From Sminthopsis crassicaudata (Eukaryota), in the NCBI RefSeq assembly GCF_048593235.1, contig NC_133617.1:71694937-71746560 (forward strand): DNA of 51,624 bases, in the 5' to 3' direction. The stretch's first letter is position 1, and each line of letters begins with the position of its first letter. Below, one piece after another: positions 23,195 through 34,720 of this stretch. Below the pieces are notes generated by a model that saw only the letters and a list, made by a program, of their open reading frames with translations, was not told where the DNA came from and did no database searches. A program made the translations under genes and the position numbers.

Positions 23195-25865
23195 AGAAGA
23201 GAAAATAGAATACTTAAATAACCCTGTCTTAGAAAAAAAGAAATTAAACAAACCACTAATGAACTGTAGGGGGAAAAAATCTCCATGACCAGATGTCTAT
23301 ATAAGTGAATTCTACCAAATATTTTTTTTTAATTAACTCCAATACTGTGGAAATCATTTGGAAAAATATGTAATGAAGGAGCCCTACAAAATTTTTTCTA
23401 TAACACAAATATGGTTTTGTTACCTAAACTATGGAGAGCCAAAACACAGAAATAAAATCTGTAGGACAATTTTTCTAGTGAATATTGATGCAAAAACTTT
23501 AATTAAAATACCAACAAGGAATCTACAGAGATTACATACCAAAACCAGGTGGGATTCATAGCAGATTGCAGGGCTGGTTCAATACTGTATCGGGAAAACT
23601 ATAAGAATAATTGACCACATTCATAACAAAAACAACAAAAATCATGTTATTATTTTAATAGATGCAGAAAAGACATTTGACAAACACCCATTCTTATTAA
23701 AAGCATTAGAAACATAGGAATAAATGGAGCTTTCCTTAAAATGATAAATAGTATCCATCTAACATCAAGAGCAAGCATTATCTGTAATGGGGATAAACTA
23801 GAAGCCTTTTCAATAAGATTAAGAGTGAAGCAAAGTGGTTCACTATCACCATTATTATTCAATATTGTACTAAAAATGCTAGCTATAGCAATAAGACAAG
23901 AAAAAGAAATGGAAGGAATAAGAATGGGCAATAAGGAAACAGATAATATGATGATACACTTAGAAAATCAACTAAAAACTAATTGAAACCATTAACAAGC
24001 TTAGCAAAGTTGTGGGATATAAAAGAGACCCATATAAATCATAAGCATTTCCACATATTACTAATTAAACCCAGAAGAAAGAGATGGAAAGATAAATTCC
24101 ATTTAAAATAATTGCAAAATAATCTGCCAAGACATAGCCAGGAATTACATGAACACAATTACAAAACACTTTTCACATAAATAAAGATATCTAAATAACT
24201 GGAGAAATATTAATTGCTCTTCAGTAGGTCAAGCCAAAATAAAAAATGATAAGTGTATCTAAATGAATTTACTTATTCACTACCATACCAATCAAACTAC
24301 TGAAGAATTATTTTATAGAATTAAGTAAATTAATTACAAAGTCCATCTGGAAGAACAAAAGGTCAGGAATATTAAAAAAATCAATGGAGAAAAAACATGA
24401 AAGAAAGTAGCTTAGAAATACTGTATTTCAAACTATATTACAAAGCAGTAATTGTCAAAACAGTCTGGAATAGATTAGGTACACAATACACAAAAGTAAA
24501 TGATCATAGTATTATAGTATTTGATAAAGCCAAAGATCCAAGCTTTGGGGGCAAGAACTCACTATTCAACAAAAACTACTGGGAAAACTAGAAAGCAGTC
24601 TGGCAGCAATTAGGCATCAACCAATATCCCATACTATATACCAAGATAAGCTCAAAATGGTTATGTGATTAAGATATAAAATTGATTTAAGCAAATTAAG
24701 GGGGAATTACCTGTCATATCTATGGATATGAGAGAATGTTATGACCAAACAAGAGACAGAGAATGATGAAGGGTAAACTGGACAATTTTGATTATATGAA
24801 ATTAAAAGGATTTTCACAAAGAACACTGGGATGAAAAATATTATAGCAAGTTTCTCTGATAAAGGTCTCATTTGTCAAATATATATGAAGCCGTGTCAAA
24901 CTAATTAAATTAAGAGCCATTCTCCAATTGATAAATGGTCAAAGGATATGAAGTTTTTTGCAAAGGATGCAATTTTCAGAAGAAGAAACTAAAGCTATCA
25001 ATAGTCATGAAAAAATGCTCTAAATTAATAATAATAATAATGGAAATTGAAGCAACTCCAAGGCAGCATCTTACACCAAGATTGGTTAGAATGACAGAAA
25101 AGGAAAATAATAGCTGGAGACATGTGAAAAAAATAGGTACACTAGGTACTCTTGGTGGAGTTGTGAACTGGTCCAACTATTTTGAAGAACAATTTGGAAC
25201 TATGCCCAAGGGGCTATTAAACTGCCTATCTTTTGACCCAGCAATAGCACTACTGGTTTGTGTCCCAGAGAGATACAAGGAAAAGGACCTTAATAAACAA
25301 AACATATTTGTAGCAGGTCTTTTTTGTAGTGGCCAAGAATTGAAAATTGAGAGGATACCCATTGTTTGGGGAATGGCTTGAACAAGCTATGGAATATGAT
25401 TGTGGTGGTTTGCCATTGTGCTATAAGAGATGATGGGGGAAAGGGATCAGAAAAACCTGAAAAATATATGAATACATGCACAGTGAATTGAGCAAAACCA
25501 GGAGAATAGTGTAGATAGTTACAGCAAAATTATAAAGATGATCAACTGTGAAAGACTTAGCCATTCTCATCAATACAATGATCCACAACAATTTCAAAGA
25601 CTTCATGATGAAAAAAATGCTAGTCATCTCCATAAAGAGAACTGATAAACTCTGAGTGCATATTAAAGCATATGTTTTTCACTTTACTTTTCTTGCCTTT
25701 TTGCAATCTAGCTAATATGAAAATGTTTTATAATACATAACTTCATAAGTATACTAGGTATCAAACTGCTTGCCTTCTCAATAACTGGGGAGGGGAGCTT
25801 GATGGAGGAAGAGAATTTGGAACTCAAAATTTTTAAATGAATGCTTAAAAAAGGAAATTTTAAAA
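23195..25865 (+). mobile_element. Decayed L1 ORF2 (reverse transcriptase to C-terminus) plus 3' UTR
   Basis: 23741-23986 translates ...RVKQSGSLSPLLFNIVLKMLAIAIRQEKEMEGI (L1 RT domain). LYFKLYYKAV and FNKNYWEN motifs occur at 24397-24591. Many stops and frameshifts. Confidence 0.92.
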
Positions 25866-26574
25866 AGCAATGGATTCAGAGAAATCTAGGAAGACATATA
25901 TGAATTGATATAGATTGAAGTGACCAGAACTAAAAGAACAATAGCAACAACATTGTAAAGACAACACAATGACCAATCACAATTCTAAAGGACTCATAAT
26001 GAAGCATGCTACTCACCTATTAACAGAGAAGTGATGGTCTCAGAGTGCATAACAGGACAGATTTTTAAAATATTTTTTAACATAGCTAATAGCAGAATTT
26101 GCTTTATTTGACAATGCGTATTTTAACAAGGGTTTTTTTTTCTTTTCAAAAGGAAAAGAAAGGAAAAAATTAAAAGGAGAGAAAATAGATTTTTTTCAAT
26201 TGAAAAAAAATTTTAATTTAAGAAATCATCAGCAGGCCAGAGAATGTCTGCCTTTGCTCTGCATACAGCAGGTATGATAGTGAGAAGACATCTAGATTTG
26301 AATCTTATCTTTAATACTTTTGACCTATATGGATATCAGCCACTTTTACCTCTCAGTCTCAGAAGAATAACTCTTCCCAGAATTCCACATTCTCTTGTCT
26401 CCCTACCTTACACATTCATCCCCCATGCCTAAAGTCTATTCCCTTCTCCTTCCTGACTCTTGAAACCCTGATTTGTTTCTAGAATCAGTGCAAGGGCCAT
26501 GTCTTTTATGAAGCTTTCTTTGATTCCTTCTCTAGTTCTCTTTCTTACCTAGCTTTTATCACTGATTGAATATT

Positions 26575-26790
26575 GCCTCAGTCCAACTGAGACCTGTTGA
26601 AGTCAAAAGCCTCTCATTGCCTCCAGGACCATTTCCAATCATCTTGATCTCTATCTGGCCACTGGAACCAGATGGCTCTGGAGGAGAAAGTGAGGCAAGT
26701 GATGGCACAGCCTCCTTCACTTATTTGCATGTCATGGCATCCTTTCTCTGATGTCACTTTGAGAATGAAGATCAAACAACAACAATAGAA
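26575..26790 (-). mobile_element. RTE-derived SINE fragment
   Basis: Antisense match to the element at 17290-17475. Confidence 0.7.
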
Positions 26791-27059
26791 AACAACTGCG
26801 TCCTAGTTTTCTCTCCTTTCTCAAATGACCTTGTCCCTACTTATTTATTATCCTCCTTCCCTCAAGCGAATTGAAGTTTCTTGAGGGCAGGGCCTGTTTT
26901 GTACACCTGAAACCTAAGAGTTATATAAAGCACTTCCTTTGCAAGCTTTAAAATACTAAATAAATGTATTTTTTTTTGCCAGCTCCAACACCACTTTGTG
27001 TTTTAAATAGAAATAAACATTCTGGATATGAATTTTTACTCACTTTAAAACTCCACTTA

Positions 27060-27570
27060 AGGAATATTATTGTTCTGTAAGAAATGACCAACAGGATGAT
27101 TTCAGAAAGGCCTAGAGAGACCTACATAAACTGATGCTGAGTGAAGTGAGCAGGACCAGGAGATCATTGTATACAACAACAACAATACTACATGAAGATC
27201 AATTCTGACGGACGTGGCCCTAGTCAACATCGAGGTGATTCAGTTCCAATGGCCTTGTGACGGAGACAGCCATCTGCATCCAGAGAGAGGCCTGTGGGGA
27301 CTGAGTGTGGTCACAACATGGCACTTTCACAGTTTCTGTTGTTTGCTTGCATTTTATTTTCTTTCTCATTTTTTTCCCTTTTTGATCTGATTTTTCTTGT
27401 ACAGCATGATATTTGTGGAAATACGTATCGTTTAACACATATTGAATTACTAGGCAAAGGAGTGAAAGAAAAGTAGGTAGAAAAAAATTGGAAACAAGGT
27501 TCTACAAGGGTGAATGTGGAAAACTAGCTTTGTATATATTTTGAAAATAAAAAGCTATTATTTAAAAAAA
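27060..27570 (+). mobile_element. L1 3' end (5'-truncated) with A-rich tail
   Basis: 'gtaagaaatgaccaacaggatgatttcagaaaggcctagagagac...ttttgaaaataaaaagctattattt aaaaaaa'. Degenerate flanking repeat aactcca(c/t)tta at both ends. Confidence 0.85.
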
Positions 27571-28139
27571 GAACTCCATTTATAATTAAGTGTAGAGCCA
27601 CATTTATTAATTGATGTGCTAATAGCCTGGGGCCCTTGTTTTGTGTATCTGCCTCAGTGTAACTTGCAGGCCTTGACTGTCATAGAAATGTCGTCATTAT
27701 TATCTGTAGAGGAGAAGATGGCCGGTTTCTATTTTCCTTAGATCTTGTCTGGCTCTAAATCCCATGTTCCTGTGTAAAGGGCACTGAGGTTTTGGAAGGT
27801 TTTTGCTTGTTTGTTTTGGGTGAGTTCATACCATTTTAAAGCGTCCAAAATCCTACTGAGAAGTAATTCACTAGCTCAATGATGGGTCCCCACAAGTAGA
27901 AAGTTCCCTGAAGTTCTGAGGGGTTGAGGGCTTAACCTCTAATGTGGCTAGTAACTCAGCAAGTGTCACAGGCAGGATTCGAATCCGGGTCTTCCCCATT
28001 TCCACTCCAGCACCGCTAACACTCCCCGCGGTCTTTGTGTCTCACAGCACAGGAGGTGCTTAATGAAGGTTTATTGAGTTGAATTTCTGAAGGGTTGTAA
28101 CACACTAGGGAGGTTTCAGGCCGAGGCCATCCTGCAGCT

Positions 28140-28880
28140 CTGACGGGGCATGAGGGACGAGGTCGGTCACTTTCTGCAGTTAATTACTCTCGGGCCTGTC
28201 ACAGGCCCGAGCCCAGAGCCGCTGGGCCTGCGCTGCAGCAGCTCGGCCCTCCGCCGGCCCCTGCCCCTCCGAGCCCCTCCGAGCCCCTCTCAGGCCTCCG
28301 TGGCCCAGGCAGTCTCGCGGCCCCTCGGCCCCCGGGCCCCTCCCCCACAAGCCTTAGCCTTCCCCCGTTTCATTTTTTCACGATTAGTGCTCCCTGCGCG
28401 GAGAACAACCGCAGGCTGAGCGGGGCCGAGTCAGGGAAGCCATGGCGGCGTGGAGCCAAACCGGGAGGAGGGGCCGCAGAGACCCGCGAGGGACTGCAGA
28501 AGCGGCCCGGGGCAGCGCTCGGAAGAGCCATTGTCATGTGGGAGAGATCCCCGAGAGCCTGTGGGCTCGCCCGTCCCTCCGCGGGAACACGGAGCGCTCT
28601 CCCATCCCCCAGCTCGGGGACGCCGCCTTCAGCACCACGAGGGGCTTGGGACCCTGGGGCCGAAGCCTTAGGACTGGAGCGGCCATTCCCAGGTCGGACA
28701 CCAGAGGGCGCCATGGCCTTACAGATAATGGCCTCCCGACTCCATGAGAAAGGGGGGCTTCCTCTCAAATCAGACCCGCAGAGTACGGTCTCTCCTGCAC
28801 CCAGCGTCCGCCGAGGCTGTGCGGCCTGGTCCTGTTGTGTGTGTACACCCTGCGGCGCCCCGATCTCAGGCACCCAGGAG
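28140..28880. promoter_or_regulatory. Orphan CpG island with a CTCF-like motif (~28698-28712, acaccagagggcgcc)
   Basis: Abrupt rise in GC and CpG against an AT-rich, CpG-depleted background. No recognisable known exon. Confidence 0.75.
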
Positions 28881-28894
28881 GACTCCTCCCCATC

Positions 28895-29930
28895 TCACAC
28901 ACACACACACACATTCACAACAACACAGACACAATGACACATTCACACAGTCACACACACTCATACACACACTCACAACCATACACACACACTCATACAC
29001 ACACTCACACTCATACACACAATCACACACACTCACAATCATACACACAATCACACTCATACACACAATCACAACACACTCACACTCATACACACACAAT
29101 CACAGACACTCAGTCATACACACATATATACACACACACAATCACACAATCACACACTCATACACACATTCACAATCACATACGATTGTATACAATGACA
29201 CTCATACACATACACACAATCACACACACAATCACAGACACAGTCATACACATATATACACACACTCACAATCACACACTCATACACATTCACAATCATA
29301 TACACACAATCGCAATCACACACACAACCACACACACTCATACACACACTCACACTCATACACACAATCACACTCATACACACAATCACACACACTCACT
29401 CATACACACATACATACACACAATCACACACACAATCAGACACTCATACACACACAATCACAGACAGTCACACACACTCATACACACAATCACACATGCA
29501 CTCATACATACAATCACAGACACACTCATACACACACTCACACTCATACACACGATCAGACACTCACACTCATACACACATACATACACACAATCACACA
29601 TACACACACAATCACAGATACTCACACTCATACACACATATATACACACACTCACAATCACACTCATACACACATTCACAATCACAGACACTCACACTCA
29701 CACACACTCACAATCACACACTTATACACACATTCACAATTTCATACAATCACACAGACATACACAATCACACACAATCATACATTCCTGTACACACACA
29801 TACATGCAGACACAACCACACAGACACACTCATACACACACAATCACATACATACTCACAATCACACACATTCGTTCACACTCACATACACACACTCACA
29901 ATCATGTACCCACACACACACACACAGACA
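28895..29930 (+). repeat. ~1 kb complex CA-rich tandem array
   Basis: Imperfect reiteration of cacacaat / cacacactcata / cacagacactcata units; very little G on the plus strand. Confidence 0.95.
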
Positions 29931-31050
29931 TCCCCTCCTCATCCCACCCGCACACACCTCTTCCCTCTGCCAGTCTCCTGCCATTGTCTTCTCCCCTAGG
30001 GCTTTACCCCCACCGGTCACTAGCTGACAAAGGGAAAGCAGCTGGGGGAGCAGATTTGGAGGCGGCTGAGATTTTGGGCTAGCTGGAGACCTGCGGTCTG
30101 GCTCCCACCACGGCCCCAGAAAATGGGGATTGGGGGTGGGAGAAGGGGGTGCAGAACTGAAAACCAAGCAAAGCTAAGGCAGGAAAGAGCAGTGCAATCA
30201 GAGTGGGAAGGAAGGGGGGAGGGGAGAAGGTTTGTCAAGCTGGACTTTTCTGATTTCTCCCAACTCGGGAGCTGCATGATTAGGATCCTTCGTTCTTGGT
30301 GCGGGGTGGACCTACCGCAGAAATGGAACGGAAACCATCTCATCCAACCATGGCACAAACAACAGGGGACCTGGACAGATTGAGGGCTTAGGAGTTGTCC
30401 CAGGTGACCCTTGAGAGGCTGCCAGACCATTAGAATCTCATGTTTACTTCCCAAAAGCTTCTAGAAAAAAAAGTGTCACCACATGAATTAGCTAAACTGC
30501 AAGGGATAGGTCTGCATATATGTATACGTATTCACATGTTTGTATAACAAGGGGATGTTTGGATTCTGGATCTGATTGTCACTAACAAGGAAGAATCAGC
30601 TGCTATTTGGAGATAGAAATAATGAAAATCTTTTGGGAAGACTATAGTCTGATAGAAAAGAAGAAAAATTTCAAATTTGGTCTCACATTCATCCTAGATT
30701 TTAGGGAAGCAGATTTCAGAGGATTCAAAAAGAAAATAAAGGGGAGGCTTTCATGAACTTTAGCCTCCATCCCTGTTCTCTTAAGTATTTACTTCCCTCC
30801 AACCAACTCTGTATATTTGTTTCACAAACAGCATTTTATGAATGCACACATTTTATTGGACACACTTCAGTAAAAATGGAAACAAACTTCCTCCTGAAAT
30901 CGTTATCCCACAACTTCCTCCCAGCTGGAAAATTGTGGGAAAGAATCAGGGAAGGGACTTTGTGTCTGGAACCCTCTGGGATCAGCCCTAGGAACAATCA
31001 GAGGAAGCTGGGGAGAAGCCCAGGGTGGGGGAAGGGGAATGAGCCTCCGA

Positions 31051-31090
31051 TGCAACCTTAGCCTCCCCCTAAATGGAGGCTAAGGTTGCA
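31051..31090. repeat. Perfect 16-bp inverted repeat with an 8-nt loop
   Basis: tgcaaccttagcctcc (31051-31066) and ggaggctaaggttgca (31075-31090) are exact reverse complements. Confidence 0.95.
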
Positions 31091-31599
31091 CAAGCCGGGC
31101 TCCACTGTAGCCTCTGCTACTGGTTGTCTCACCACCCCCTGCCTTCAGCCCATTGTCCCGGAGGAGCATCCAAACTCCCCAAGAGCTGTCCCAGCTTTGT
31201 CTTTGCTAAACAAAGGTAGCAATCAAAAGCTGCTCAGTCTCTGGATCCCCATCTCTGGATCTCCATCTCTCAGCTTCTCTGCCCCTAGGCCCACGGAAGG
31301 CATAGTGGTGGATTGGCAGTCTCTCTCTAGCTTGGGAACTCTCCAACACCCTCCCCACCAAAAAGGAGAGCAGAACTGAGGGGCACATGTGTACATCTGT
31401 CTCCTGACCTGCTCCCAAAGCTTTATCCGGGTTCTAAGCCCAGGCTTAAACAATGCTTTTCAATGTCCTCTGGACTCAAGTTTTCTCTCTTGCAGCCTTC
31501 AGAGGTCCAGAGAGGAACCAAGTTGTAGATCTCCCTACACAGAGACAGGTAAACTGGGGCCCTGGAAGGGGACATTCATTCATAGCCCTTAAAGCAGGG

Positions 31600-31790
31600 C
31601 TTGTTGATTTCTTGGCAAAGTTACTGAAGTAATTTGCCATTTCCTTCAACAGCCCATTTTAGAATTGAGAAGTGCAGCAAACAAGGTTAAGTGACTTGCC
31701 CAGCTAGTAGGTGTCTAAGGCTGTATTTGAACTCAGGCCCTCCTGACTCCAGACCCGTGCTCTACTCGATGCTCCCTCTAGCTGCCAAAT
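31600..31790 (-). mobile_element. Mar1-type SINE
   Basis: Antisense tail, core and head (tttcttggcaaag...ggttaagtgacttgccc...tttgaactcagg...ctagctgcc). Confidence 0.8.
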
Positions 31791-32279
31791 GCCAGGCCCA
31801 GTGCTGCCAAATCCGACTGCCCGGTTATTGACTGAGCCCTGACGACAGCCCAGGTCTCCTGCCTTCTAGAACAGTCAGTGTTCTTTACGCTAGAAGAGGG
31901 AGGGGGTGGAATCAGAAAGGAGAAGAGAAGAGAGGAGGGAAAAAGAAGGTGAAGAGGGAAGGGAATGGTGAATCAGAAAGGAGAGGAGGATCTGGGTTAA
32001 ATTTTCAGTGAGAATCGACAAATCATAGCTCAATTTGTTGTTTTGTTGATTGGACTTACAAAAGTGATGAGGGGGGATGTTAATAATGCAGGTTAAATAT
32101 AAGGCTTTCTCAGGGACTTAGTTGTTAAACATTTACCAGCAAGTTTTTATTTCACATTTACAAAATAATGAAAGTAACTAAAAGTATAAAGTTACTTTAT
32201 AAAGTAAAATAAATATCAAAAGTAAAGTAAAAAGATATCAAAAAAGTTTAAGAGAAGGGGAAGAGGGATGGAAGGGAAG

Positions 32280-32530
32280 GGAAAGGAAGGGAAGGAAAGG
32301 ATGGGGGAAAGGAAATGAGCAAAGGACAACAGAAGAAGAAAGGGGGGATCAAATTGAGAAGAGAGAGGGATGGAAATAGAGAAACAAATGGGAGGGAAGC
32401 CAGGAAAGGCTGGTCAGAGAGGAGAGGAGGTAAAGGACAAAGCCGGGCTGAGGAGTGGGAAGATAAGAAAGAGAAAGAGGTTGGAGGAGAAGCAGGAGGG
32501 GAACAAAGACAAAGGAGAGGAGGGGAAGTA
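32280..32530 (+). repeat. Purine-rich (GA/GGAA) low-complexity tract
   Basis: Near-pure A/G sequence with GGGAA/GGAA repeats. Confidence 0.85.
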
Positions 32531-33629
32531 AATCTCTGCTCTCCAGACCTCTTCCAAAGCTTAATCAAAGTCCAGGTGACACAGAAACCACCTTGAGGAA
32601 GCAGCCACACCTACGGCCCCAGCACCTGGCTCTGTACTTCAAACCTTTCCAGAGGAAGCTCTTCCCAAACCACACCTGCCCCACTTCAGGCCCTGGCAGG
32701 GGCCACACCCAAGCATGGAAGGAAACAGGCTCTTCTTCTTCTAGTAGGTCCTCCCATGGCTTCCTCCCTCCCACCAGGGGCCCAGGTTCCCCCAGAATCT
32801 GGCTTCCTGGGGCATGTGCCCATTCCTCCCCAGCCAGACAGACTGACCATCTAGAGATGTGCTCTTGCTTCCCCCACCCCCCATTCTAGATTTGACTTAA
32901 ACTGCACATTCGGAGGCTCAGGTTTCCAGGTCCCAAAGCTCTGTCCAGTTTAAAGCAGGCTTTTAATTTAGCCTCCCAGGCTTCAGTTTTTTTTAACTTT
33001 GTTGGACTGTTTTCCGGGGTCCCTGCCTGCATTGAATTCTGCAGCTGGATCCCCAAAACCATCCCGATATCTCTGGGCATTCCATGAAGGAAGCCCGTGT
33101 ACTGCTCTGGTGTCCATGAAATAGTCAGAGAATCAGAGAAAGGTCTTCAGTACATTTGGGGAAACTCATATGCAGAATGTCCCAGTAGTAGTCAGGGCTG
33201 GAGCATTTAGCACACCACCTGGCACATAATAGGCCCAAAAAAAGAAAAGAAAGAAAAGGGAAAAAAAAACCTTAGTTCCCTCCTCCCTCTTCCATAATGG
33301 GAATGAAGATCACTCTCGCCTTTTTGCAAGTCGGGCTTATCATCCTGCTGACTTATAGTGAACTTGTAGTCCACTTAAACCGGCAGATCTTTTTCAGATA
33401 ATCTGCTCCCAAGACAATGCAGCCCCACCCTCAAGCTTCCAGCAAAAAAATCCTGTGACTCCCAGAGGAAGTGAGTCTCCGAGGTTTTCGGTTTCACAAT
33501 CTATATAAACAAGGACACCACTCTTAGAAAGCGCGACGTATTTTAAAGCACTGCCCGGCACACAGCAGGTGCTCAATAAATGCTAGTTCGTTTCCTTCCA
33601 CCTGCCAATATATTTCAAAGGCAGAACTT

Positions 33630-34720
33630 GAAGAGTTTGGGACTTTCCTATCTCCAAGGGAGTTAGTAGCAAAGGGGAAAGAGACCGGAGGAAAAAGTCC
33701 CACCCCTTCCCTTCCCAAGATGGCAGAGATTGGACGGTTCTATGGCGTGGCCACGCCTCTTTCTGGTTGGGAGGGGCGGGAGTGTAGTGGTTGCTACAGT
33801 GACACCTAGGGGTTAAGGAAGAAGCGACCATTGTCCATTTCAATGAACCTCCTAGCTCGGAAGAGTTTCCGCTGTGGGAAATTATCCAGCCCCAAGTTTC
33901 CGACCCCCAGTCAGCCAGGAGACATTTATTAAAGCGTCAGGGATACAAAAAGAGGCGAAGACGGGTCTCAGCTAACCGCAAAGAGCTCCCGCTCCCTCGG
34001 GGACCTTCACTTGCGGACAAATAGATACAAGTCACTGTTAGGGTTTGTCCTTCCTCGGAGGAGTGGCCGGGGCGTCTGGGGGTGATGCTGGGACATGCAG
34101 GTGAATTGGATGTGAGTGACAGAGGGCTGTGCAAGGTCACCTGCCTCGCTTTCCCCTCCCGAGCCGGCCGCGCCCGTGCACGTAGCACAGACAAGCTACA
34201 TTCCGAGAGAAGGCGCCAGGATTAAAGGGCTGAGAAAGGCTTCCTGTAGAAGGCGGGATTCTAGCTGGGACTCGAAGCTGAAGGTTTTCCCTCCACGCTA
34301 GGTCTAGCGATGGAACTGACTTCCAGAAGGCCCGCGCTGGACAGTTTAAAGGGGAGAGTTGTAACTTTGGAGCAGAGGAGGAAGGGGCTTGGGGGGATCG
34401 GGAGAAAGCAAAACTACTTGGCCGCGGAGCCAGTCCCTCGGAGCTCATCCCGGGCGGAGTGGTTGGGTCAGTTCGGGGTGTGTCCCTCGGCTCACCTGAG
34501 TAAGTGTTCAAATGTAAACAGACCTGCTGGTTAGCCAAGTAAGAAGCCAGGAGGACTGTGCCGTCAGGTGCTCTTCAGCGCCGGACTAGTTAAGTGCGAG
34601 GCTGCTAAGGCCTTGTGGTCCCCGCTGCCCGGCGTTCTCAGGTGTGTCTGAGCTGAGAGGAGAATCCCCGGGCCAGGCCGGGTGACTTCTGGGGTGCCTT
34701 GTGGGCTGTGGGTGAGTTAT
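33630..34720. promoter_or_regulatory. Second orphan CpG-rich, promoter-like region
   Basis: GGGACTTTCC (33639-33648), AAGATGGC (33717-33724), inverted CCAAT (ATTGG 33729-33733), palindrome ggcgtggccacgcc (33744-33757), GC box (33769-33780), raised CpG, and donor-like sites at 34495 (-), 34500 (+) and 34712 (+). Confidence 0.6.

Noticed and set aside
23741-25381. Reverse-transcriptase-like ORFs as a functional or domesticated gene
   Set aside because: Fragmented L1 ORF2 with many stops and frameshifts; the catalytic YADD region is not intact.
28628-28648. REST/RE1 site (ttcagcaccacg)
   Set aside because: Only the left half matches; the right half (GGACAG) is absent.
28895-29930. CRISPR-like or RSX-like repeat array
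   Set aside because: This is eukaryotic DNA with no repeat-spacer structure. RSX is X-linked with different repeat units, while the DOCK6 neighbourhood is autosomal in species I know.
28744-30082. 427-aa and 415-aa His/Thr-rich ORFs
   Set aside because: The CA array has almost no G and few TAA, so stops are rare by composition. Several frames are open at once.
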